From NCBI GenBank assembly GCA_041389065.1, contig JAWKSM010000001.1, forward strand, positions 9,461 to 73,460: a DNA stretch of 64,000 bases. The letters run 5' to 3'. The stretch is from Minisyncoccota bacterium (lineage in GTDB: Bacteria; Patescibacteriota; Minisyncoccia; Phycocordibacterales; CSBR16-119). Below the pieces are notes generated by a model. That model ran no database searches, was not told the origin of the DNA, and worked only from the letters and a program-made list of their open reading frames with translations. Below, piece after piece: positions 25,452 through 33,383 of the stretch. Made by a program: the position numbers and the translations under genes. Each line of letters opens with the position of its first letter. Position 1 is the first letter of the stretch.

Positions 25452-27293
25452 CTAGTTCAGAACAACCTTCACACTTTCGGTTTCTTGTTCACCGATAATG
25501 ATCAGGTTGTACACACCAGGCGATCCTTTTATGACCACCTGGCTACCACTCCTTTGCACCGAAGCTTCTCGACCGAGATGGTCGAAAGCTTGAATGCTTT
25601 GGAATTCACCCTTGATGTTAATCGCTTCACCCAGTCGAGCTGGGTTCGGATACACCAAGTAGCTGTCTGGTTTTTCAGGCCAGAAGCTGAAAGGTTTGAT
25701 GTTTGAAAAGTCATACGACCCGTCAAGGTCGACAGACTTCAGTCTGTAGAAGCTAAGCCCTTCAAGAGGACTCTCATCCACAAACTCATATTGGATCATC
25801 TGCTGGCTATTACGAGAAGCCTCGACAGACCCAACACTTTCAAACACCCTCCCGTCGACTGATCGCTCGACGTCGAAGTGACTACTTCCTTGCTCGCTGG
25901 CAGTCTGCCAAGTTACAAGCGCGGTTTCGTTTTCTCCTTCGACGTCAAACGAAGCAAGTTCGACAGGAAGAACCTGTCCACACGGCACAACCACAGGCTG
26001 GTAGGAGTCGAGCTCCACCAACGCTTCGGTCATTGTCGTGTTTGTAGTCGTTGGAACGTTTTGCACCTGGTTAAAGAATGCTGGGTAAGCGGTGAGCTCG
26101 ATACTCCCCGCCTCTTCACAAGAGCTAAGCACCAATCCTTGGCTTCCGACCGGCGTCACTATGGACCCAGTCGAAGAGTCTTTGTCTTGGTAACTCAGCA
26201 TTTGGAAGTAAGTGGATTCGATAATCCCCTTTCCCGGGGCGCCTCCACCTTCGTAAACGGTTTTGGTCCACGACGCACCCAAAGTGACTTGATCAACCTT
26301 AGACACGAACGAATACGACATGTCTGGGTCTGGCGACGAATTGATCGCTTGACCAGTCATGTAGATACTCGTTCCGTCGGTAGTTAGGTAACCACCATTG
26401 ACCGTCCAACCCGATGGCGCGAAGATGATGCTTGCGCTAAGCAGGTTCAGGCTGCCGTCAGTGCGGACAAGTCCCAAGTGCTGACTCGATGACCCTCTGT
26501 ATGAGAGAAGGAATCCACCTTGATATGGAACTGCGTCGCGCAGAAACTCATCAGCAGTGGACCCGATGGTTGTTTGCCTGTGGCATACACCCAGGTTATC
26601 AAACACCGTCACCGAAATGTCATACGGACCTCCCGATGTTGGATTGCTCCCGAAAAGGAAAATCGAATCCCCGGAAGCAAAAACTCGTTCAGCATGATGA
26701 CCACCGCTAAGCGATCTATCAACTGACTTCCACCACAGGATGTTTCCCGCAGCGTCGAGCTTGCCGATCATCTGGGTTCTCGTCGAGGACGATGTTCTCT
26801 TTGTCCCAGCAACGATTATCTCACCGCTAGGATTTTCAGAAACCGAAGTCAGAACTTCTGTCGTGTCTCGCGACACAATTGGAGTTCCCAAAACCTTCGC
26901 CCAAATAACGTCGCCAGATTGATTCAGTCTCATCGCCAACGCATCTTGCTGGTATTCGCCAACAATAACGATGTCTCCGTTCGAAGCCAGCAGCATGTCG
27001 TTGAAACGACACGTTGCCATAGCGATATCGCAGGAACTCACCGGAATATATACCAGAGTGTCCGAAAGGGTTTTGGCCCAAACAGTTCCTCCAGCATTGT
27101 GACGTGCCACGAAGGCGTTATCGAAACCGTCCCTGGTGTTGTAACCAGAAACGATGAAGTCTCCACTTACAGGAAGACTCACAATCCTTTGACCAACAAG
27201 AGCTTGCCCTGTGGTCGCCGGATCAAGATTGATCTGCTGAGCTGCCAACTCGAAAGTCAGGAGCCCAAAGGCGAAAACAAGGAAGTTTCTCAT
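25452..27293 (-). CDS. Secreted repeat protein with T9SS type-A C-terminal sorting domain (Por_Secre_tail-like)
   Basis: Start set at the ATG at 27293, giving signal peptide MRNFLVFAFGLLTFELAAQQ. The C-terminus VYPNPARLGEAINIKG...GVYNLIIIGEQETESVKVVLN matches the T9SS CTD pattern. It is preceded by the ELASF...W.T.SE...F.VERS.DG...YRLK..D.DG module common in Bacteroidota. GC and GC3 are clearly higher than the host's. Confidence 0.8.
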   Translation of the reverse strand: MRNFLVFAFGLLTFELAAQQINLDPATTGQALVGQRIVSLPVSGDFIVSGYNTRDGFDNAFVARHNAGGTVWAKTLSDTLVYIPVSSCDIAMATCRFNDMLLASNGDIVIVGEYQQDALAMRLNQSGDVIWAKVLGTPIVSRDTTEVLTSVSENPSGEIIVAGTKRTSSSTRTQMIGKLDAAGNILWWKSVDRSLSGGHHAERVFASGDSIFLFGSNPTSGGPYDISVTVFDNLGVCHRQTTIGSTADEFLRDAVPYQGGFLLSYRGSSSQHLGLVRTDGSLNLLSASIIFAPSGWTVNGGYLTTDGTSIYMTGQAINSSPDPDMSYSFVSKVDQVTLGASWTKTVYEGGGAPGKGIIESTYFQMLSYQDKDSSTGSIVTPVGSQGLVLSSCEEAGSIELTAYPAFFNQVQNVPTTTNTTMTEALVELDSYQPVVVPCGQVLPVELASFDVEGENETALVTWQTASEQGSSHFDVERSVDGRVFESVGSVEASRNSQQMIQYEFVDESPLEGLSFYRLKSVDLDGSYDFSNIKPFSFWPEKPDSYLVYPNPARLGEAINIKGEFQSIQAFDHLGREASVQRSGSQVVIKGSPGVYNLIIIGEQETESVKVVLN

Positions 27294-27364
27294 GGGTTTG
27301 TGTGTTTTATGTGTGAATGTTCGCAAAGTGCGAACGTGTCTTACAATGTACTTTCTCAGCCTCT

Positions 27365-27393
27365 TTTATACCATTTTTGACATAAAAAGTCAA
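27365..27393 (-). promoter_or_regulatory. Sigma70-like promoter, TTGACT-17-TATAAA
   Basis: Minus strand reads TTGACTTTTTATGTCAAAAATGGTATAAA, in the AT-rich spacer upstream of protein A. Confidence 0.4.
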
Positions 27394-27429
27394 GTGTATG
27401 CGTGGATTATAAATTAACCTAAAAAAAAC

Positions 27430-27458
27430 TTGATTTTACTGCTTTTATGTGTTATTAT
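27430..27458 (+). promoter_or_regulatory. Sigma70-like promoter, TTGATT-17-TATTAT
   Basis: TTGATTTTACTGCTTTTATGTGTTATTAT, 28 nt upstream of the ATG at 27487. Confidence 0.4.
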
Positions 27459-27486
27459 TTAGCCGAACAACAAACACCATCAAACG

Positions 27487-28641
27487 ATGAAACAGCTAAC
27501 GCTTCTCTTTGCTTTGATGGTCGCCACCGGCACCTTCAAAGCTTACGCTCAGGATGTCGTCTACACTTTCGAAGCCCCCTGCACGAACACACTTTGCCCT
27601 TCTGACCAATGCCACGGAGTTGGAGTTGCAACCCCAAGCACCCTTAACACAAGCGTTTTCGCTTCTGCAAGCGCGCTAAATCCATCACCCTCCCTAGGAA
27701 CAAGTAGTTCATTTTGTGGAACGGCCATGAATGGATTTGCTGCGGGAAACCCAAACAATCCGAACCGTGCTCGTTGGGCCCAGAACTGGACTAGCTCTAC
27801 TACTATAAACACGAATCACTATTTTGGATTCACTCTTGGAGCAGTTCAAAATGGATACATTTCCATATCAAGAGTGGATTTACAAGACAGTAGAAGTGGA
27901 TCTGGCCCACTAACAATCGAACTTCGTTCAAGTGCAGACAACTTTGCAACAACAATCTGGCAACAAACATTGCCAGACAACACTGGGTGGAGATCTTGGT
28001 CAATAACTACAGGACTACCGAGCTTCTACAACTCTCTGACTTTTAGAATCTATGCATACGCAAGCCAGACGACATCTGGCGCTGCATGGAGGATTGATAA
28101 CGTCAAAGTCTGGGCTTCGGTCACCAACCTCCCTATCGAGCTAATCTCTTTCACTGGAGAAAAGTTTGAACAGGATGTACGACTTCGTTGGAAAACAGCC
28201 AGCGAGCAAGACAACGAGCACTTCACTCTCTTTCGTTCACGGGATGCAATAGACGCAACATCCTGGGAAGAGATTGGAAGAGTTCCTGGAGCAGGAACAA
28301 GTCAGAGTCCTATCGACTACGAGTATGTAGATGAGTCACCGAACATCGGGACAAACTACTACCTTCTTCGTCAAACGGACTTTGATGGAACATTCACCAG
28401 TAGCAACATTGTTGCTGTCGAATTCCTAGCTTCAAAGGACTTCTCAGTGTTCCCAAATCCGACATCGCGTGGTAGCCCCGTCAGAACTTCCAAGAGAATC
28501 GACTTCATTTTCGATGATCTTGGTAAAATGACGAGGTTTGACCCGAACAACATCACACTTGAAGTGCCTGGGGTCTACACCCTGGTCCACCAAAGTGAAA
28601 ACGGTTTTTCGGAAACAATCCGACTAATCGTCACCCCCTAG
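27487..28641 (+). CDS. Secreted protein with T9SS type-A C-terminal sorting domain
   Basis: 384 aa; signal peptide MKQLTLLFALMVATGTFKAYAQD. Contains the same ELISF...RWKTASEQDNEHF...YYLLRQTDFDG module as protein A. The C-terminus is FPNPTSRG...GVYTLVHQSENGFSETIRLIVTP. Confidence 0.8.
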   Translation: MKQLTLLFALMVATGTFKAYAQDVVYTFEAPCTNTLCPSDQCHGVGVATPSTLNTSVFASASALNPSPSLGTSSSFCGTAMNGFAAGNPNNPNRARWAQNWTSSTTINTNHYFGFTLGAVQNGYISISRVDLQDSRSGSGPLTIELRSSADNFATTIWQQTLPDNTGWRSWSITTGLPSFYNSLTFRIYAYASQTTSGAAWRIDNVKVWASVTNLPIELISFTGEKFEQDVRLRWKTASEQDNEHFTLFRSRDAIDATSWEEIGRVPGAGTSQSPIDYEYVDESPNIGTNYYLLRQTDFDGTFTSSNIVAVEFLASKDFSVFPNPTSRGSPVRTSKRIDFIFDDLGKMTRFDPNNITLEVPGVYTLVHQSENGFSETIRLIVTP

Positions 28642-28651
28642 AAATTCTAGG

Positions 28652-28686
28652 AAGACCTTCGCCTCACGGCGAAGGTCTTTTCTTTT
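28652..28686 (+). terminator. Intrinsic terminator after protein B
   Basis: AAGACCTTCGCC-tcac-GGCGAAGGTCTT followed by TTCTTTTT. Confidence 0.65.
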
Positions 28687-28694
28687 TATTTATA

Positions 28695-28722
28695 TTGACA
28701 AAAAATATTTCTGTGATATTAT
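28695..28722 (+). promoter_or_regulatory. Sigma70-like promoter, TTGACA-16-TATTAT
   Basis: TTGACAAAAAATATTTCTGTGATATTAT, 39 nt upstream of the ATG at 28762. Confidence 0.45.
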
Positions 28723-28761
28723 TCAACCAAAACAAACCCCGTCCTTTAACAGAAACAGATC

Positions 28762-30465
28762 ATGAAAAAACTACTGACCATAATCATGACGCTTTGCGTC
28801 TGCTTTGTGTACGCGCAAGACCAGATCAGCTGGGTGCGTTTCCAGTGCGGCGATAGCAGCACGGTGAGATACATCTCACTCGAGGACCGCAAGACCATGT
28901 TCAAGGTGAACATGTCCTGGCCCGAGAATGAAACGCGAGAAGTGTTCCAACACTACAACGACAACCCCATTGGCGTGTCCATGGGGCAAATGCAGGGTGG
29001 TGAATACTTCATCACCCTGGATCACCCTGGTGATAGTATCAATCCAGTAATCGGATACCAGAGCATCTACACTGTCAGACTGGGAACCGCAAATGGGAAT
29101 CACACGGAAGACTGCAATGTCCGCACTGAACCAACACCAGTTATTCAAGCCACTATGAGCACCAGCCCGCTTTCGGGCGGCGGCTCACTCGTAACCATTA
29201 TTGGAAACTCACACACAGCAGACACTGTAGCGAGCAACCATAGTGGTTGGGGCTGGATAAGTAATAGCGAGCTACCATGTAGTCGCCACGAGATCTCCAT
29301 CATCACCGATGTGTTTTCTGAAGACGGCCTGGTGTTTTCGGACACGACGGTATGTGTTCCGGGTGTGCCAACAGACTTCTCTGCTGAGTTTGACTATACG
29401 GGTCCGTACACCATATTGTGCGCGGAAAGCCGAATGGAAAAACGAAGCATGGAAGTTCCTGCCGAATTTCCAACACGAGTTATTGTTCTCAGCAGTCAAA
29501 CGTGTCAGATGGCAGGGCAAGTTCCTCCGAGCATCGAGCTTTTGAGAACTTGTGAAGATGGCACTATCGGCACACCACCGACAACAGGAGACAGAGAGTT
29601 CCTCGTTCGATTCAATATCGATTGGCCGGGCGACGATGAGCAGAAACTCCTCTACTACACCGTCCCGAACAACAATACCGGACTACCGAATTTGGTGAGC
29701 AGTGGACAACTCTTCCATCGTGGGCAAAACTACATCGTGATTGAACACGATGATATTGACCCCGTTTCGGGAAGTGCATACTTCCAGGAATGGCACACCA
29801 AGCTGGCCTTCCGTTACGGTGAGGAGTTCATCTACAGTCAGCTTTTCATCGCGTCGACGGAACCCGCGCCAGTGCTCGAAGGATCGTGGCTCCCTGTAAG
29901 TGGAGACTCGGTGTCGTTCTCTTACCGAGAGCACACGGAACTATCCGAAGCGCTCGGCTGGGGATGGATTCTGGGCATATGTCCAGAATATGAGCTCATA
30001 CTCATCAAACGGGTGACCGATAGCGATGGAGAAACAGTGTTCACGGACACGGTCTTCCTCACTCCGGGAATACCTGTTGATGAAGAAGATGGCTTCCTTT
30101 ATACAGGCAACTCAACCGAGCTCTGCCTTGAACTCGAGATGCAACGCATTCACCTCGCTGATTCGGTTCACTTCGAGCCGCAAACAATCATAACGGTGGA
30201 TGGTGGATGCATTGGAAGCTCGACAGCGATTAGCGAAAGCGAAGGTGTTGCCGAGAACCAAACTCGAATCTTTCCAAACCCAACAACGGGGCGAGAAGTT
30301 CGGATACTCGGAGCCATACCTAGCTCGAAGTGGTCTGTCTTCAGTACATCAGGAAGCCTGGTGTTGACTGGAGCAGGTCAGATGATCGATGTTTCTACGC
30401 TGTCCTCTGGTGTTTACGTGGTGAACATTGAAGGCGGCGCCACTGTTCGGCTTGTCCGACAGTAG
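28762..30465 (+). CDS. Secreted protein with an internal ~240-aa duplication and a T9SS type-A C-terminal sorting domain
   Basis: 567 aa; signal peptide MKKLLTIIMTLCVCFVYAQD. The two halves share TEP(T/A)PV, GWGWI, VF(S/T)DT, PG(V/I)P and YTG blocks. The C-terminus is FPNPTTGREVRILG...GVYVVNIEGGATVRLVRQ. Confidence 0.8.
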   Translation: MKKLLTIIMTLCVCFVYAQDQISWVRFQCGDSSTVRYISLEDRKTMFKVNMSWPENETREVFQHYNDNPIGVSMGQMQGGEYFITLDHPGDSINPVIGYQSIYTVRLGTANGNHTEDCNVRTEPTPVIQATMSTSPLSGGGSLVTIIGNSHTADTVASNHSGWGWISNSELPCSRHEISIITDVFSEDGLVFSDTTVCVPGVPTDFSAEFDYTGPYTILCAESRMEKRSMEVPAEFPTRVIVLSSQTCQMAGQVPPSIELLRTCEDGTIGTPPTTGDREFLVRFNIDWPGDDEQKLLYYTVPNNNTGLPNLVSSGQLFHRGQNYIVIEHDDIDPVSGSAYFQEWHTKLAFRYGEEFIYSQLFIASTEPAPVLEGSWLPVSGDSVSFSYREHTELSEALGWGWILGICPEYELILIKRVTDSDGETVFTDTVFLTPGIPVDEEDGFLYTGNSTELCLELEMQRIHLADSVHFEPQTIITVDGGCIGSSTAISESEGVAENQTRIFPNPTTGREVRILGAIPSSKWSVFSTSGSLVLTGAGQMIDVSTLSSGVYVVNIEGGATVRLVRQ

Positions 30466-30481
30466 CAACAACCCTAATGGG

Positions 30482-30516
30482 AAAGGCCCGGCGCATGCGC
30501 CGGGCCTTTTTGTTTT
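30482..30516 (+). terminator. Intrinsic terminator after protein C, at the right edge of the GC-rich island
   Basis: AAAGGCCCGGCGC-at-GCGCCGGGCCTTT followed by TTGTTTTT. Confidence 0.65.
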
Positions 30517-31316
30517 TAATATTTTGCTTTTGGTTCTTCTTTTGTTTCTTCTGGTTTAACGATAATTCCACTTGGATTCAAATATGTATGCGGAGCAAAG
30601 TTTACAAGATCGTGAGCGTGAAGGTTTTTTTCCTCTGTTGAGAAAAGATGATCACTAATTTCATTTTCTGTAATATTTCCATCAGTTAATGCGCTAGTTC
30701 TAATATAGCTAATATGATCAAGCGTCATTCTCAGGTTTTGAAGTTCAACAAATTGAGAGTTAGAAGTGAAGTTTGCTATAACTTGGAATTGTTTTGTTGC
30801 CCCGGCAGGAATTAAATATGTAGTTACAACAAAAGGATCAGCGTAGTAATTATAAATATATGTATCATTACAATCCAAGCAAACTATATTTTCGTTTGCA
30901 ACAACATCGATCAAAATAGTTGAGTTGTCTGGTCTTGAAACAAATTCACCAGCACTGTTTCGATATTGTGCATCGAATAATTTAAATCCTCCAAAATTAG
31001 TAAAATCTTTAGCATCAGAAATTATTCTAACATCAAAAGTACATTTATTTTTTACAGAAAAGTAAGAAATGAAATTTGAATATCGATATGGATTTCCTTC
31101 TTCATTAGAATAATAATTCATTTTATCCTCGTTATATTTATGCTCTACCTCCAAACAAGTTCTTCTTGTTACCTGGGCGCTTTGGTCGCTATTTTTTATT
31201 TTTTGTTGAACGTTTAAGATTGCCGATGTTTGAACAAGCGAACCAATAAACAAAAGAGATAGGAGACCCATCATCACTTTGTTGTTTTTAATATCTAGTT
31301 TTTTTAATAATCTCAT
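30516..31316 (-). CDS. Hypothetical secreted or membrane-anchored protein (266 aa)
   Basis: N-terminal hydrophobic segment (MMGLLSLLFIGSLVQTSAIL); host-like AT-rich composition; no motif recognised. Confidence 0.65.
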   Translation of the reverse strand: MRLLKKLDIKNNKVMMGLLSLLFIGSLVQTSAILNVQQKIKNSDQSAQVTRRTCLEVEHKYNEDKMNYYSNEEGNPYRYSNFISYFSVKNKCTFDVRIISDAKDFTNFGGFKLFDAQYRNSAGEFVSRPDNSTILIDVVANENIVCLDCNDTYIYNYYADPFVVTTYLIPAGATKQFQVIANFTSNSQFVELQNLRMTLDHISYIRTSALTDGNITENEISDHLFSTEEKNLHAHDLVNFAPHTYLNPSGIIVKPEETKEEPKAKY

Positions 31317-31403
31317 AAAAATTTTTGCTAATAATTTGTTAATTTAATTATATCAGTATTTAAAATTTAAAACTCCCTTTTGTTCTACTTTTGTGGAAAA
31401 TTA

Positions 31404-32534
31404 TTAATTCTGGTTTTCACTCATATTTAAAGCTTCAATTCCGGGCAAAGTTCCAGAAGAAAGAAAATCTAGCATTGCCCCACCTCCGGTTGAGATAAAA
31501 GAGATACTTTTTTCAAGACCTGTTTTTTTAACCAAGGCAACAGTGTCTCCACCACCAACGACAGAAAATACATTCATTTCAGAAATTGTTTTTAAAATTT
31601 CTCTTGAAGACAGATCAAAACCTTCTTCGTAAAGCCCGAGTGGACCATTCCAAAGAATTGTTTTTGCGCCTTTAATTGTTTCTTTTAAATCTTCCAAAGT
31701 TTCGGGTCCCATATCGACAATAATATCTTCTTTCGACAGAGAATTTGGAGATTTTGCTTCTCCTGTTTTTACAATCACATCAAAAGGTATTTTTATATTT
31801 GGTCTATCAAAAAACTTTGCAACATTTACAGATTCATCCAAAAGAGACTTTCCTGTTTCAAAACCAATCTTTTTCATAAAGTTGTTTGCCAGCGCGCCAC
31901 CAATAAAAATATTGTCTGCTATTTTCGAGAACTTTTCTATCAAAGGAACTTTTGTTTCAAACTTTGCACCACCTAAAATAAAAAGAAAAGGTTTTTCTGG
32001 CTCGTCCATTTTTTTCAAACTTTCAACTTCTTTTTGAAACCAAATTCCAGCATAAGAAGGTAAAAACTTTGTAACACCAACAACAGAAGCGTGCTCTCTA
32101 TGAGAAACTGAGAAAGCTTCGTTCACATACAAATCAGCTAAACTCGCCAAATAAGCAGCAAACTCTTCTGTGTTTTTTTCTTCACCCTCGTTGCTTCTTA
32201 GATTTTCTAAAAGAATTATTTGTCCTTCGCTTAAATTTTCTGCAATTCCTAAAACTTCTTCACCATATAAAACTGGAACAAAAGTTACAGCAATAAATTT
32301 CTTCAAATATTCCGCCACAGGTGCTAAAGATTCTTTTGGATCTCTACCAATATGACTTATCAAAACAACTTTCGCCCCCATTGTAGATAAGTGCTTTATA
32401 GTATCCAATGCTTTTTCGATTCTTGTTCCTTCGTTTTCACCAACAGTGCCATCCGGACCAATCGGAACATTGAAGTCCACTCGCACAAGAGCTGTTCTAC
32501 CTCTCAAATTTTTAATCTCAAGAATTGAACGCAT
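31404..32534 (-). CDS. pgk: Phosphoglycerate kinase
   Basis: 376 aa; RVDFNVP N-terminal motif, GGAKFETK, GGGDT-like VVGGGDTV. Confidence 0.95.
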   Translation of the reverse strand: MRSILEIKNLRGRTALVRVDFNVPIGPDGTVGENEGTRIEKALDTIKHLSTMGAKVVLISHIGRDPKESLAPVAEYLKKFIAVTFVPVLYGEEVLGIAENLSEGQIILLENLRSNEGEEKNTEEFAAYLASLADLYVNEAFSVSHREHASVVGVTKFLPSYAGIWFQKEVESLKKMDEPEKPFLFILGGAKFETKVPLIEKFSKIADNIFIGGALANNFMKKIGFETGKSLLDESVNVAKFFDRPNIKIPFDVIVKTGEAKSPNSLSKEDIIVDMGPETLEDLKETIKGAKTILWNGPLGLYEEGFDLSSREILKTISEMNVFSVVGGGDTVALVKKTGLEKSISFISTGGGAMLDFLSSGTLPGIEALNMSENQN

Positions 32535-32535
32535 A

Positions 32536-33312
32536 TTATCTTTTTAGTAAATCTGCTTTTTTAATAATCTCTGTAAACTTTTTTGGATCCAAACTTGCTC
32601 GGCCGACAAGCACTCCATCCACTCCACCACTTTTTAAAATAGATTCAATATTTTTTTCATCAACAGATCCACCGTAGAGGATTTTTGTTGGAGGAACAGA
32701 TTTTGTGTCATATATATCGCTTAAAACTTTTTTGATAAAAATAGAAACTTCAAAAATTTCTTTTACCAAAGGTTCTCTTTTTGCCGAAGCGCCAATAGCC
32801 CAAAGCGGTTCATAAGCAATAACAATATCTTTAATTGATGTTTTTGGTAAACCAGACAAAGAAGACAAGAGTTGTTCTTTTATACTTCCTAAAAATTCTC
32901 CTTTTTCATCACGAGTAGATTCTCCGACACAAATAATCGGCGTAATCATTCCTCGCAAACTTGCCTTTACTTTTTTGTTAACATCTTCGTTTGTTTCCCC
33001 TTCTCTTCTTTTTTCTGAGTGACCGACAATAGAATAAATTACACCAAGATTTTTAAGCTGAAGATAAGAAACATTTCCCGTAAAAGATCCTTCGGCTTCA
33101 GGAAATAGATCTTGAGAACCTAAAACGATTCTGTGTCCAGAAGTTTTTAATTTTTCAAGATAAATAAAAGGCGGACAAATGACTGTCTCTGTATTTCTGG
33201 TTTTGTTTGCAACTTTTTTTATTGAAGAAAAAGTTGCCGATGCAATTTTTGAAGAAACTGGATTCATTTTCCAATTTCCAACAACAAGCCATTTTTGTGT
33301 TTTCTTAACCAT
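32536..33312 (-). CDS. tpiA: Triosephosphate isomerase
   Basis: Start re-assigned to the ATG at 33312 (MVKKTQKWLVVGNWKMN...). Contains VGHSEKR, AYEPLWAIG and YGGSV motifs. It is adjacent to pgk. Confidence 0.93.
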   Translation of the reverse strand: MVKKTQKWLVVGNWKMNPVSSKIASATFSSIKKVANKTRNTETVICPPFIYLEKLKTSGHRIVLGSQDLFPEAEGSFTGNVSYLQLKNLGVIYSIVGHSEKRREGETNEDVNKKVKASLRGMITPIICVGESTRDEKGEFLGSIKEQLLSSLSGLPKTSIKDIVIAYEPLWAIGASAKREPLVKEIFEVSIFIKKVLSDIYDTKSVPPTKILYGGSVDEKNIESILKSGGVDGVLVGRASLDPKKFTEIIKKADLLKR

Positions 33313-33351
33313 AGCAATAATTATATCAGATATTGAAAAACTGATAAAAAC

Positions 33352-33375
33352 AAAAACACCCTTTCGGGTGTTTTT
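33352..33375 (-). terminator. Intrinsic terminator after the glycine-rich giant gene
   Basis: AAAAACACCC-gaaa-GGGTGTTTTT. Confidence 0.6.
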
Positions 33376-33383
33376 GTTTTCTA

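Noticed and set aside
25316-30516. Explaining all GC-rich segments simply as assembly chimeras or contamination.
   Set aside because: This is not fully rejected. It is disfavoured because each GC-rich ORF is embedded in host-like AT-rich spacers with TTGACA/TATAAT-type promoters. The segments interleave with intact host operon genes on a fine scale, and several abut the same repeated element. Read-level evidence is still needed.
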